Shown piece by piece: positions 1 through 15,962 of a stretch of 64,000 bases of DNA. The notes under the pieces were generated by a model. The model had not been told where the DNA came from and made no database searches. It saw only the letters and a list, made by a program, of their open reading frames with translations. Location of the stretch: positions 14,538,304 through 14,602,303 of the forward strand of contig CM082578.2 in assembly GCA_040954595.2 (NCBI GenBank), written 5' to 3'. The position numbers and the translations under genes are program-made. The number at the start of each line of letters is the position of its first letter. Position 1 is the first letter of the stretch. The stretch is from Balanoglossus misakiensis (lineage: Eukaryota > Animalia > Hemichordata).

Positions 1-1701
1 ATACCAAGGGGAGCTATTAGGGGATCAGTTGTCATCTGTGTGTGTGTGTGTGTTAAGAATGCATGTCACATGCCATATTTGTTTTAATACATCTAGTTGT
101 CAAAAACTCGTCCAGTTTTTAGTTTAGGTTGCAGGTGATATGGGTTTGTCCCTGAAATTGATCAGTATGAGTCCAAATGCAGCTGATAGCTATAGGGGCT
201 TTACTTTGACAATTCTGATCAAATCGAAGCACAGTGTCATTGACAGTTTTAAATTAATATCTTTGATCTGATTAGATAAGCCAAAAACTGTCAATCAAAC
301 TACACTAAAAAAATTTCTTGTATGTACTATCACGTTGCCCAGTCCTTTTTTTAATCTAAAAAATGACTTGACCATTAGAAAGTTTGTCTTTGGGATTTTG
401 CTCTCACCATATAAAATGCGCTGTCGCTCCCCAATTGAACTGAAATATGCAAAGTCTATCAGATCATAATATGCATAATGTATGTGCCATCATTTCTGAC
501 AGTAAGTTTTCAAGTTAACAGTACTGGAAGAGCAGTCTCACCATGCAAACTCGTATATCTCTGTTCAGGTCCCATGAAACGATAGACCACAACTATATAT
601 CCAGTCCTGGTCAAGTCAGCCATCAAAAAAAAAATAAAGCAATCCAGAATCTGTAGGTTTTTGGGTAGGCATATTCACACCAACATGGCCGCCTGTGACA
701 TTTTGTCTTTTAATATTTGGTGTGTCATCAGAATTGTTTTATGTTGATGTTCATGAAAAAGGAATTTGCTGCAGTACCGGTAATAGATGGTTACCTTCTT
801 TTCAGATGGCACTTTAGTGCTTCATGACTTTTATCCTGCAAATCAAAGATGTGATTATTCTGTGTATAAATTTTTTACCTCACTCCTGTAATAGATTCCT
901 ATGAAACACAAACCCCATTGTAGTAAATCTTTATGAGAAAATAAAGAAAATGTTCAAACACATTCCTGAAGATTGCTTGGTGCAATTTTTTTTTCCACGC
1001 GATCTAGTGGTGTGTGAAGAATCATTTTAAATGATGACAGTCTTGGAAGAAACAGATAGTGGTTGCATTGCTTTGGATGTTATCCAGTCATAGATGCACA
1101 TAATATAACAAAATTTTATTTTCATTAAAATATTTATACATTTCTAAAATTTACTACTAACATTATATACCCCTATGGAATTTATTAGTACACCTACTCT
1201 GTAACTGGGTGCAAAATGTCTGCTATTGCAGTGAAAAGTGTTCATAAAATATTTCATATCTTACAGACAATAACAGATTACAGGCAACAATGGGTCATAC
1301 ATAAGACTGCCCTAGCTCACATTTCATAATTGCTATAAAGTAAAAATATATCTACATTTTATATTTAATAGAGTATATGATAATTAATATGAAAATAAAT
1401 CTTTTATGGCCAAAAATGGAAAACTTAACAGTTCATGAGTGATAGCATGTTCAGCTATCATCTTGCATAACAGTGGAAAGCCTCTATGTTCAATTTAATG
1501 TTTGCATTTGCACAGTCAGTGAAATTGTTTTCTTGTATTGCTATCATGTAATTTTCTTTTGCACAAAGACTGTTAAAATATTACAATCAACATGTACAAA
1601 TTCATACATTTTCAGGCATGGGTAGGACTTTCCTCAGCTTATATGAGTAACTAATGTAAAATATTCATACTTATTTTTCTGTGACTTTTACTGAGACAAC
1701 T

Positions 1702-4713
<3,012 letters not shown>

Positions 4714-4929
4714 ATTAGTGAATATTCTTGTTCTGAAATACACAACACATTAATTTACAAGTGTGTGAGTCTATCTAAAACCATAGACAGTATAGTAGTC
4801 CTCTACTGTCTATGCTAAAACACACTGGGTATGGAGACCAGGCTGGATCATATGGGTCTGCAATGTTGATGTGAGGACCTGTGGACAGTACGATATTGCC
4901 ATCTGTAATCTTGCACCCATTCCACTCAC

Positions 4930-5102
4930 CTATGACTTTAGCAGGTTGATCGTTTTTCTCGTCCCACGATCCCGAGCTGCACAACCCTGGGAATGACAGG
5001 CACTCACAATGTACAGCTCGATCAGCTGTGTTGTCGATGTCAACGCCTCGCACGCACTAGTAAAGGACGCCCTCAACTGTTGACCTCTGAACCCTATTCA
5101 AC
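4930..5102. promoter_or_regulatory. Compact bidirectional promoter/5'UTR region shared by ALDH5A1 and GTF3C6
   Basis: Locally CpG-rich patch between divergent genes. A minus-strand donor is at ~4929, and the GTF3C6 ATG at 5103 sits in a caacATGGCG (YY1/Kozak-like) context. Confidence 0.65.
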
Positions 5103-6426
5103 ATGGCGACGGCCACTGCTACAGACGACAACTCAGACGAATGGGAAGAGGAGGTAAAACCGATTGATTTCCCAGCGACAGCGTCACTTTTATTGGTCTT
5201 TAAATTACATGAAATATAGAGGGTTGTTAGGAGTATAAAAAGTGAAATATTGGTGTGGTCTGCAGGCTGGGGAGGAGGTGGCCCAGGCCAGGTGGGCTGG
5301 TTTGGTGGCCCACCATGCACCAGGTGGGCCATCCACATAGTGACCATAGTGACTAACTAGACTTTTAAATCTCTTCGATCTTTTATAACAGGAGCAGCTT
5401 GTTTTAGTGGAATTATCTGGTATCATTGATAGTGACTTCTTATCACAGGAGAGAAAAGAATGTAAACTTCTGGTAAGCACCAACTAAAGTCCATTAAAAT
5501 CCACTGCTGTATGCATGCACATTTTCACAACAGACAGGTGTATAAGATGACAGTATAATCATATATTGCATCTATTTTCATCTTGAACACTTAAATGAAC
5601 TCTGTAGGGTGTAGACACAGACCAACCAGTGTTGCAGCTGGACCGCTATGTTTTCACAGGGGAGTACAATGACACCATAGGGACTGCTGTGATATTAGAA
5701 GAAGAGGATCCTATCAGAGGTACTCACATTGACAGTCCTTGCCATCTCAAATGTGATATTTTACAGGGTAATTCTTGAACCCTTGACTACAGGTATTTCA
5801 GGGATTATTGTGTGATAAACAGCATGAGAATGTAGACCACTCCTGTAAAGTCCCAGAATTTTTTTATTATAAATTTATATGGAAAATTTGAGTACTGTAT
5901 ATGAAACCTGGCCTTCTCATTGTACACCCTCTAATGTGTAATGATTGGTTGATTTTTAGGTGAAGACAGTTCAAAGAAGGTGAAATATTTTTGTCATACC
6001 TTCAAGAAATTGCAGATGAACCGAGCTTTTTTGAGTGCCAAGTCATCAGGCAGTACCAGTACCAGTAATACCAGTGCCAATAGCACTAGTAAGTGTGCCT
6101 GATATGTCTGTATCTAATTTTGCACAGCATCAACTTAGCTGATTTATTGAGTGGAAGCTGTTTTTGAGAAGAAAAATAATCCATTCTGAACATCAGCTGG
6201 AATTGAATATAATTTTGACCCAATTTAAATGCATTCTTTTCCAATAGAATCAACACCTGCTGCTATGGCAACAAGTAGTGGTGATATTGGCATTGAAATA
6301 GATGAAGCTGATATACCCTCCACTACTACAGAGAGGGGAACACCTAATCTTGTGACGCTGATATCACAGTATGATTTCATTCCAAAAGACACAGAAACAC
6401 AACCAGATGATGAAACCAAGACGTGA
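5103..6426 (+). CDS. GTF3C6: General transcription factor 3C polypeptide 6 (TFIIIC35); 5 exons, ~183 aa
   Basis: Exons 5103-5153, 5392-5472, 5608-5719, 5960-6088 and 6248-6426 total 552 nt in frame. The translation MATATATDDNSDEWEEE-EQLVLVELSGIIDSDFLS..CKLL-GVDTDQPVLQLDRYVFTGEYNDTIGTAVILEE-..KYFCHTFKKLQMNR matches the TFIIIC subunit 6 N-terminal signature. AATAAA at ~7007. The ORF track mostly misses this gene because the exons are short. Confidence 0.93.
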
Positions 6427-7479
6427 CACAGGGTGTCTTAATGCTTTCAAGAAAGGCTAATCCAGCTATGGTTCATTTGTTGGAATGGAAGATGGAAGTT
6501 TCAACTCCAAACTTTGACAGTGTTTGTCAGAGAATACAAAACTAGCCATCAGTGAAGATGAGGCTGTGTTTTGGTAAAAAAAGATGTTACGAAGAGAGAG
6601 AGAGAGAAGGAGAGCTATCATCTTCAGTACATAAAAGGAAATGTAAATGCCAGGTGTGGCATTTGATAGCCATGTCACATGATTTGACGAAGTGTTTTAC
6701 TGGATATGTAAGATGGTTGAGAGAAAGCAGTCTGACGCAGAACACATTTCTAAAACATTTTATTTTAATACTTTTATATGTATGAAGTTGTTAGTCACTT
6801 GTGATCCTACAGAATTGGATTTGTCACTGCCAACAAGCTTTCAGGGATATGTTATGTTCCGAATATCACTCCATTATGATAATAGTTAGATAGAACTGTA
6901 TACTTTATTAATTATGTGTCATGAGCATGACAAGATTAAAGTACCGATTCATAATTCCGACATTTCAGAATATCAGATTATTGGTGGGTTTTTTCATCAA
7001 GATTAAATAAAAACAATATGTGAACTGAATTTGTTACTGTGTCCTGAAATAGTTTGTTAATCGTGGTACTTTGAGGTAATAGTGCAAAAGTGTCTTTTCT
7101 AGTAAAATTCCATCACTTTGTACCTGTCTGTCATATACTTTGTAAATGCAAGTTTTATGACATACATTTCAAGGCGTGCATCCCTATTGCAAACGTTAAT
7201 GCTAAAATGTGATGGCTCATTAAAGGACACAGTCAATTATTTGTTTAGTGGTCCACTGGCAACTTCATTATACATGTACTGTTTAACAGGTACTTAGCCA
7301 ATATCTGAGACAATTATACAATATGAGCAAGGGTTACGAATTTGTCTGTACCATCATCCATTTCATTCGGACTTGCACCTGTCACACAAGGTGATCAGGT
7401 GGTATGTTGTGGTTTCTAGGTATTTGTGAAGTTCATTAAAACTGTCGCCTGTAGGCGACTGTAAACACGCGGCTGTAAT

Positions 7480-7700
7480 GAATACCGTTGCTGTATTGAT
7501 CAGTCTGCGATCAGTCCAGCGATTTGGAACAATGTAAGGTAGCGCGTAGGAACGAGGCTATTGTTGTCATTAGCGACGTTTGTGTCACGTGGTCTTTGGC
7601 TAAACAGCAACGCAGGCTCGCTCATGAAGCATAGGAGATCACTGCAGACACCTGTTGTAACTAACGTAATTGACATAATAACATCGTAGTTTTCACGAAG
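7480..7700 (+). promoter_or_regulatory. Putative promoter and non-coding first exon of the 231-aa gene
   Basis: CpG-rich patch. X-box-like GTTGTCATTAGCGAC at 7563-7577 and ..AACAGCAAC at ~7603-7611. E-box CACGTG at ~7586. Donor GAAG|GTAGGG at 7700 and matching acceptor CCTAG at 8702. Confidence 0.5.
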
Positions 7701-8752
7701 GTAGGGGAAAGTTGTGATTATTTTATTCGATGTGGATAAGGTGTACCCTTCTACGGACTATCTGATACGTCCCTTATGTCAATATTTTATAGCAGAATTA
7801 GTGAATACTTCCGTTGCCGGGGCGGTCTTATGGCCCGTGTATGTATTCTTTCCCTCGGTATTGTTTAGCCGCCTTTTCGCCAAACCACCTTTCACTACCT
7901 GTACCGCCTTTTCTGTGTAAGTTGCCGTCGCGTCGGTGTGTATAGTGGTGAATTTGTCCAGCACCTCACATTTATGTGCGATGCGGCTGTGTTAATCGGT
8001 TCAACTGCGCCCGACTTATATCGGATTTCACCTCATCTCGCACCTCAGTCGCGCCGTGTTTCAAAGGTTTTCAATGCAAATGTCTCATTTCAACATGGCG
8101 ACAAAAACCAAATAATGTCACGTCGGACATCGGTTGTATTAAAAGATAAGTCGTTGTTCTAGCACAGAAGATACATGTAAATGCACGAGTTACATATTTA
8201 TTGGTTTATTTTTGATAGATTTATAAACCACAAACCCACTTGGAAACTCGTCGCAAAATTATTAAAATGGATGTCATTCTACACCTGATGAAGACATCAA
8301 AAGAGCAGATAATATTTCAAGGCCGAAAGACGAATGCTCTCGGTTAAAATGTGTTGTTTAGCCGATAAAATGTGTAATAGATTAGCGTATTAGTGCAACA
8401 AAGTTTAGCCTCCACCGAAATACCGGGATTGTGCGGTGCGTGTTTGTTTACTCGCGAGTTATTACACTGGAATAAGTTTAAGTCGGGGTCATTATAGGTA
8501 TATAGAAAAGGTTACCATGAGTTAATTGTCGAAAGAGCGTCAACTCAATACATATTATGTTGTCTAGCGGCGGTACTATTTAATTTTTTTCACGTACGCA
8601 TTCATCAAAAAACAAAAACATAGCGGCAAATACAGACCACTGTTTTTTAATAGAATCGTTGACACCTGTTGATTAACTGGCACCCGTTTGATTTTGTCCT
8701 AGGCACGCGGCGTCCAGTTGTCAAAAAGTCTCCTGCAACCAAGATCTGCACA

Positions 8753-11700
8753 ATGACAACGCTGCCGAGGATAGCCCCGCCGGAGACGCCGACAGCCGTA
8801 TCCGCACCACCCGTGTCGAAGCTGAAAGACAAACCGAAATCCAAGAGCGCGTCGGCCGCCCTGCCAGCTGCCACAATCACCGTGAACGGCAAGCCCCTAC
8901 CACCCAGCGTCTGGGCAAGGGTATCTTACACCACGGCTGACATTGGGAATCTGAGGCCTCACCAGTTTCCGAGAATTAACCCTCTGCGCCCGGTCCGGGA
9001 CAGGCGAACAGTGAGTTTGGAAACCACTGCAGCACATCACATAATTGAACAGAGAACTATTGCAATGAAACAGAGAGAACATTATAGATTTCATAGTGGT
9101 TGGGAAAAACCATTTTATGGATCACCTGCAGAGAAGGAAACTTACAGGTAAACTCGGTTTCGTTCTTTAACACACACAGGTAGTGGTTCATTTAAATTGT
9201 TTTAAATGTTGACAAACTCCTAAAATACATCCCGTGCAACCATCAAAAAAGCAAGAAATTCTGAACCTATTAATGAACTTCAAATCTGATCCCTGTCTAT
9301 ATCTCTAATCTAATCACTCTGACAGACTCCAAAACAATATTTGGTGATATCATTTAGATTGGAGATTGAAATAGTCTGTAGAGATTAAAATAATATCGGC
9401 AGAATGGTGAACATCAGACGGAAATCTAGAGATTTAAGGGCATCCAGGGTGATATGATATGATATAGGCCATATTCACAGAGATTGAAAAAGTTAGTGAT
9501 ATCCGGAAGAACAGACAGACTCAGACACTCACAAGCAGAGTCAGACATAGAGACAAATTAAATATGTGTAACTAAGAAAAAACGTTTGAAAGTTGCAGCA
9601 GAGTAGACAGAGAGCCAATTTGATAAACAATTAAACAAAGTGAACTTGACAGTTGCATTCATCAAGCCCGCCAAAGTCAAACAATCTAACTGGTTTATGG
9701 GCTTGGTGCACAAGTGCCAGGTGGGTCTCTATAATTGTAAGTAAACAAAGATGATGTTGACATTGGTCATGGGGTACAGGTAGCCACAGTTCAAATGTTG
9801 GCATGATTCAGGTCAGCTGTGCTTATACTTAAGTTACTGCTGTAACCATAGTAACCTAGTCCTGATAAGTTTGCTCTCTAAATTTAAGCAAATAGGAAGT
9901 GTTTCAAATTGATTTGACCAGAATAGAAAACTTATATTTTACTTATTTAAGGTTTCAGTGCATAGGTACAGTGTTATTTCAGAATTGAGAAGGTAGCTCA
10001 AAAGCTCTATAGGTGATCATTTGGTTTATAAGCAAACACATCTGTAGTCATTCTGTTTCTGAACTCGTTTTTGGCTTTGCTTGAAGGGCAAGCAGCATTT
10101 TCTTTTCAATGTTTTGCTCTCCAGCCTGTAACTCCGAGGCAGCTATGCGTGTTCACCACAATGCACATTATTGTTTTATTTGTGTTACCATGTGTTTGTG
10201 ACGGTGAGCTCATAGAATGGGAGATTCCAGAAAAGAATGGAACCCTTGACATATGTTTGGTGTAAATAATCCACCGAAATCTCCTTCTTGTCAATTGATA
10301 TCTGATATGGCCAAAGAAAACGCCTGGACAACTTAGGCATGTTTCTGTTCTTACATAGAAAAAAACCCACATTCAATGGTAGTCTTCATCATCTTTACAA
10401 ATGTTTTATTGTCTGTCTGAAAGAAAAAAAAGAACCTGCCAAGTAACAGCTATAAAAGTAAGATCCCTGCATTGTATGTGACGGCGTTGCATTTTTCAGA
10501 ATACAAAAACCACCACTGGCAACTAACTCTTTGCCATGAAAAGAAAAGCTGGTTTATTGTTTCTTTTCAAAAGACATGGTTGTAAGTTGCTAGGCAAAAG
10601 TCAGTACAATCGGAACAACGACGAAGGTCATGACACTGTACATTTCTATCACGTCGTTTTCATCATGCTATTTTCCTGACAAGAATAGAAAACACCAATG
10701 GGGCTGGATAAATTAGTTGTACAAACTCTGTCGGAACACAAGCTAATATGGCTGTGCATGTTTTGCCTGTTGAACCACATGAATAGGACCTGACTTTCCA
10801 GAAGTTTTATGGCAGGCTAAAAAGTCACCAGCTGAAACGTACATTACCAGTATAGTTGTCACCATTGCCTTAAAATCTGACTGCTGAATTGTTACACTCT
10901 GTTAATATTTGACTTTTTTTCTGATTCTAATTGGCTCCTGACAGATGATCAGTTTCTTATTTTATTGAGATCCTCAGCAAGCCCCCATAGCTATCAAGAC
11001 ATGTCCTAGGACACCCTGTAAACCATAGTCTGAATTCAAATTCAATTCTGATCAAATATAAAGTTTATAAATTGTTAGAAAACTGCTTTGACCCAAACTT
11101 AAAATTTAAAAGTTATGTTGCTGTGAGGGGTAACTAAGTTAATATATCCGCAGTGAAGGTCAGAGGTTAATAGAGTTGGTCCATTGGAAGTTACTTTGTT
11201 TCTGTTTAGGTTGCCATGCGTGGCTTAAGGGTTATGTGGTTTGCCTGGTAGCAGGCTTTCATTGTAGATATGGAATAAAAATGCATAACAGCTATTTTTC
11301 AAATTATGAGAGATTGATAAAATACACTACAGCAAACATTTCTGAATTAAGATTAATTTTTAATATGTAATTTTCAAATATTGACACAATAATTTCAGTG
11401 ATTATTTTTCAAATATTGACACAAAAATTTCAGTGATTATTTTAAGGAAAAAAATATCTCCAAGAGCTGAAAAGCAATGCGCTTGTATACACATGGCAAT
11501 TCAACATGCACCAGTAAGCAGAAAATAAAAGAACTTCCTGTATAAAACACAAGATTGCTCAAATGATGCCCTGTGCGGAATATTGCCCCTGTAATTACAT
11601 GGACTTGGTTGTCACATGGTGTACACTGACTACTTAGTGCTTGTAGCTGTGTTGCCAATGGCAGCCAAATCACAGAGAGTTGTTTTTATTCAATTACACA

Positions 11701-13284
11701 CTCATTCGCAGTCCTTGTGACATGCCATGTACTGCCCATTTGAAATCGGGCTAAATTTAACTTGTGTTACCAGTATCAGGACTAAAACTCACAAGAACTG
11801 GTGAACCTGTTGGTTGCTTTTGGGTATAACGTCACTGTAAAATGGTACTTGGTCAGTTCTGTTTTGACTTAATAAATTCCATATTATGTTTCTAATAAAA
11901 GAAACTCTTAAGAGAGCCACAGGTAAATTTCCTTATGCTTGAATCAGACATGAATTATTCATGGTTTTGACAAGCATTGAATGTCAACAGAAGGATCAAT
12001 AGAACTGTCAGGCAGCGTAAAGTTAATGGCTGAATTGCCAAGATCAATTGAAATGGTTGTCCTGGTAACCCTGCCTTTTGCGTATGCCAGCTTTTGTCTG
12101 CTTGTTAGCGCGCATGGAAACTAAAACTATGAATCGTGAGTGGCAATTCAGATCTGTCTTCAGGGAAATTTGGCCTCTGTCATGAAACGTTGATTGTCAC
12201 CATTTTAAGTACATGTATTTTAATGGACGAAAATATGCTGTTCACTTTTTCCCTTTCAATGCCAATTACAGAGTCATTTCTGTTGTATTTGTGGAGAAAA
12301 TTGCCTGCATTCATATCACCTAACCATTGTAACAAATCGTGATTTCAAATAAAATTATAGGAATAATTACATAAACACAGTCAATTTACCTGTCAAGTCA
12401 TATACATATTCTTCTTTGTCCCTCCAGTAAAATAAGTTGTATATATATTACCATAGTAACCTATGATGTTAATTCATTATATCCTTTGGCATCTAGAGAT
12501 TATTGATTGCAGTTACAATATTTACACAAGGCTTTTTATTCCATTAAGGAGGTGTAGGGGTTTATATTGCCGAGAATATAAATAGAAAGAGAACAATTAG
12601 GTGCTTTGAAATAAATTGCATGTGCGTTTATTGTACTGCATAAATCAGCAAATCTAATTTCAAAAATGTCTTTTGTTTTTTCACTCCAAGACGTGAAATA
12701 AGGCAGAAATTAAAGGATCAGATGTCAGACAGAATTCTCTTTGAAAACCAGCTGTTGAGAGACAAGGTTAAAGAAAGCAAGCAAGCAGTGGAATATGATA
12801 AGAAATGTCTTGAAGATGACAGAGCAGATATTACGAAGAAAGCAGCTCATCTCAGACAGTTCAGAGATGAAAATAAAAGGGTGAGTCCATTTTTTACCAA
12901 AAAAATTCTCTGGCTTTTTAATAATTGGCATAATTGGCTGTTTGTAACATTAGGTTGTTTTTATCTTTTGGTGTAATGTTCATACAATAAATACTAGTAT
13001 GCGTGGAATATTCAATGTCGTTTTCGGCTTGCTATTTTGCAAATTATTTAAATTTACTGTCACCTTTGTGTGTCAAAATGTGGAAATCCCCAACGCAGCA
13101 CAATTTGTCAGAAATTATGCCAGATTTTTTCCCAACCAAAATGACACTTTCTTTTTCCATCTTTTTTTTGCAGCTGATGGAATGGAAGGAGCAGCAAAAC
13201 AATCTCAACAGATTGCTACAGAACAAATACGAACAAGAGTTAATAAGATATAATCCAATTAATTGGAGTCATTCACTCACTTGA
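8753..13284 (+). CDS. Uncharacterised ~231-aa protein with a Pro-rich N-terminus and charged helical/coiled-coil C-terminus; possibly ciliary
   Basis: Exons 8753-9147, 12691-12880 and 13174-13284 join in frame (696 nt) with canonical GT-AG: MTTLPRIAPP...GWEKPFYGSPAEKETYR-REIRQKLKDQMSDR...FRDENKR-LMEWKEQ...YNPINWSHSLT*. I do not recognise the family. Confidence 0.8.
11371..11443. repeat. ~36-bp direct tandem duplication
   Basis: Two copies of ttttcaaatattgacaca(a/t)aatttcagtgattat. Confidence 0.8.
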
Positions 13285-13448
13285 TTTAGTTGTTGCCATG
13301 TGGCTATGGACACTTTGAATTTGAAATATACCACTAAGTGAAAAACAACAAAGAAGTTGTTGCTTCTACACTCACTATTCCACACTATGGCAGATACGAT
13401 CAATCGATCGGTACGTCACACGTTGTGCTTGTGTCATTCAGCAACTTT

Positions 13449-13542
13449 TTAACCCCTTCACCCAGGTGTCCCTGTGTGTGGATTCCGCCACATCATTGAA
13501 AACTACGGGCTGTACCATTTGGCTTTGCAATGAAGGGGTTAA
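13449..13542. mobile_element. ~94-bp MITE with TTAA ends (piggyBac-like)
   Basis: TTAA-CCCCTTCA ... TGAAGGGG-TTAA terminal inverted repeat, located in the presumed 3'UTR. Confidence 0.6.
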
Positions 13543-15113
13543 AAAGAAATGCAAATCTGAGCAACCACATCAAAACTGTAACTATTTGGACTTTGTGAAA
13601 TCATTGGTATTTTTGCATATGACGTGTTTAACCCCTGACACCACTGAACTCTAAAGAATTCAGGTGAACCAAAACATAAAAGTCTGCCAAATTACTTTTA
13701 AACATGAATGTGATAGTGCCAGTAAAGGAAACAAAAAATCTTTTATTTTTTAAGTATGGTTAAGCAAGGGTTTGGATTTTGCACAATAACATGGAGTAAA
13801 GCTAAATTATTCATCCTTTTGCTTGCCGAGAATTTGCGAAAAGGGAAGGCAGATATTGCCCAGGAATTTGACATGCAAAAAGGCTGTAATGAAAATGAAC
13901 TTGTAAACAAAACAATTTGCCAAATGCAAACAATGAAAAGTGTGGAATCATGAACACAAACAAAAAACCTACCAATTCAGAATTATCGATTTTGTAGTTG
14001 TAATTAATGCAAATTTCAATTTTTTTTGCAAAGTTTACAAAATATACCATAACAGTTAGCTAACACTGAATCATGCTTGAAATTGAGCTTATTGCTGTAT
14101 TCCTGAATTGTGCCAGGCAGAAAAAAAGTTGTGCAAAACATGTGTTTGTTTCTCACAACTATGTGCTTCTTTTGTTGCGTGTGTGACTTAGCAATAATGA
14201 CAGAAAAAGTACAGTAGTCACTAATAATCATAACATAAAAAAACATGGAAAAATAGTGGTGTCTAACTGATGTGTTTATTGCTTAACACTGAACTGAAAT
14301 TAACCATTTTTGAGATTTCATCTTCTTCATCGCGATTTATGACACAGATTGCTTTTTGTCATCAATTTTGTAAATATCATACAAACATTTAAATTTTACG
14401 ACAGTGCAGCAAGTTTAATACACATTTTTTTTTAATTTGCTGTGCTAAACTTTCTCCAACCTTTAAAAAAATGCACACTTGCAAGTCATTGGCTGCTTTC
14501 CTCTCACAAAATGACCGGCTTTCAAGTTACAAGTGCATTATCATTTACTCTTGAGACATTGGTGGAAAATTCTAAGAAAAGTGAGTCTTCAGCATTAGGG
14601 CAAAGTTGAGAGGTCAGTAGGTCATGATTGCATATTCCATGTTATTTATACATGAAGTACCGTCCAGAATTTAAACAATACTTTTTATAACATTTGTGGA
14701 GTTAAAATTTTAAACTATATATGCATTCATTCACCCATCCATCCAGTCAATTCCATCCAACCCTTATTTCTAATGGTAGCTCCCATTTCTTGTTGTGTTT
14801 TGGGATATACCACTGGTTTTGGGGTGCATTTCATGTGACATGAAAGCAATATTACCTTGTGTGTGTTTTGGTGGTTTCTACTTTTACATGCTAGAATCAA
14901 ATATTTTTTGTGAAGTCCTTACATTTGTAAATATTTGCTCTGAATAAAGCTTGTTTTATTTAATGTCGGCTACTGTTTCCATTGAAGTCTTTAATATGTA
15001 ATGATGTAACAAAGATGTGCTAGGTACAGATAGGAAAAAATTTCAATATCCCAATGTGATTAAAATCACATGTGGAGTTAGGCACTGTCTTTACTCATAA
15101 ATCAGCAGCCACT

Positions 15114-15195
15114 GAATACCAGTGTCTTAGTAATTAAAATTATCTCCAATCCTAGAATACCAGTGTCTTAGTAATTAAAATTATCTCCAATCCTA
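15114..15195. repeat. Perfect 41-bp tandem duplication
   Basis: Two copies of gaataccagtgtcttagtaattaaaattatctccaatccta. Confidence 0.9.
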
Positions 15196-15962
15196 ATTTC
15201 ACTCTATAGAAGAAAAAGAGTCCAGTTTGAAAACGAGAGATCTTGCAGCTCAACCTGGCCATAGAGGGCGCACATACACATAGACATCACTCACAGAGAA
15301 TGCATATTGGATACAGAGACTTTGACAACAAAAATTAAAACTCAATAGGCAGATAGTTGCAACGAAAACAAAGGCAGTTTTTAATTCATAAAATTTCTGA
15401 ATAAATTATAAATTTAGCTAACTGTAATTATCTTACATCCCATAAAATCTTTTACAAATAAAGTGATATATTTAAACTCTGAACATGATATACTGGATGA
15501 CGATATTCAATGGTTAAACCTTTCAGCAAACACTGGTTTGCCATATTTGGAATTTTTCTACCCCTACATGTACATGACGTACATAGTATCTACATGATTC
15601 TACATGTACTACCTTTGAATCTTAATTGCACAACCCTGAAAAGTACAGATATTTTGAATGGAAAATTATTCTTGTCAATAAGACAGCATTCAGCAGGATA
15701 CACTTTCAAATAGGATTTTTTAAAACGATAATGTTCTCTTCTGTCAAGCTTGATTAAGATCTATGGCTGTCAGTACTTTTTAGAAAGTAAAAATTACCAT
15801 TTCTATAAATTATATCATGACCTTAAAATAAATAAAAATAATACGCAAATCACAAAATGAGGACAGGACATATAAAAAAAAGTACTTAGGAAAGACACGC
15901 TTATTATAAAGGCTTTCAATGATATGTAGTGAATGATGGTTGATGGGGGGGGGGGGGGGTTC

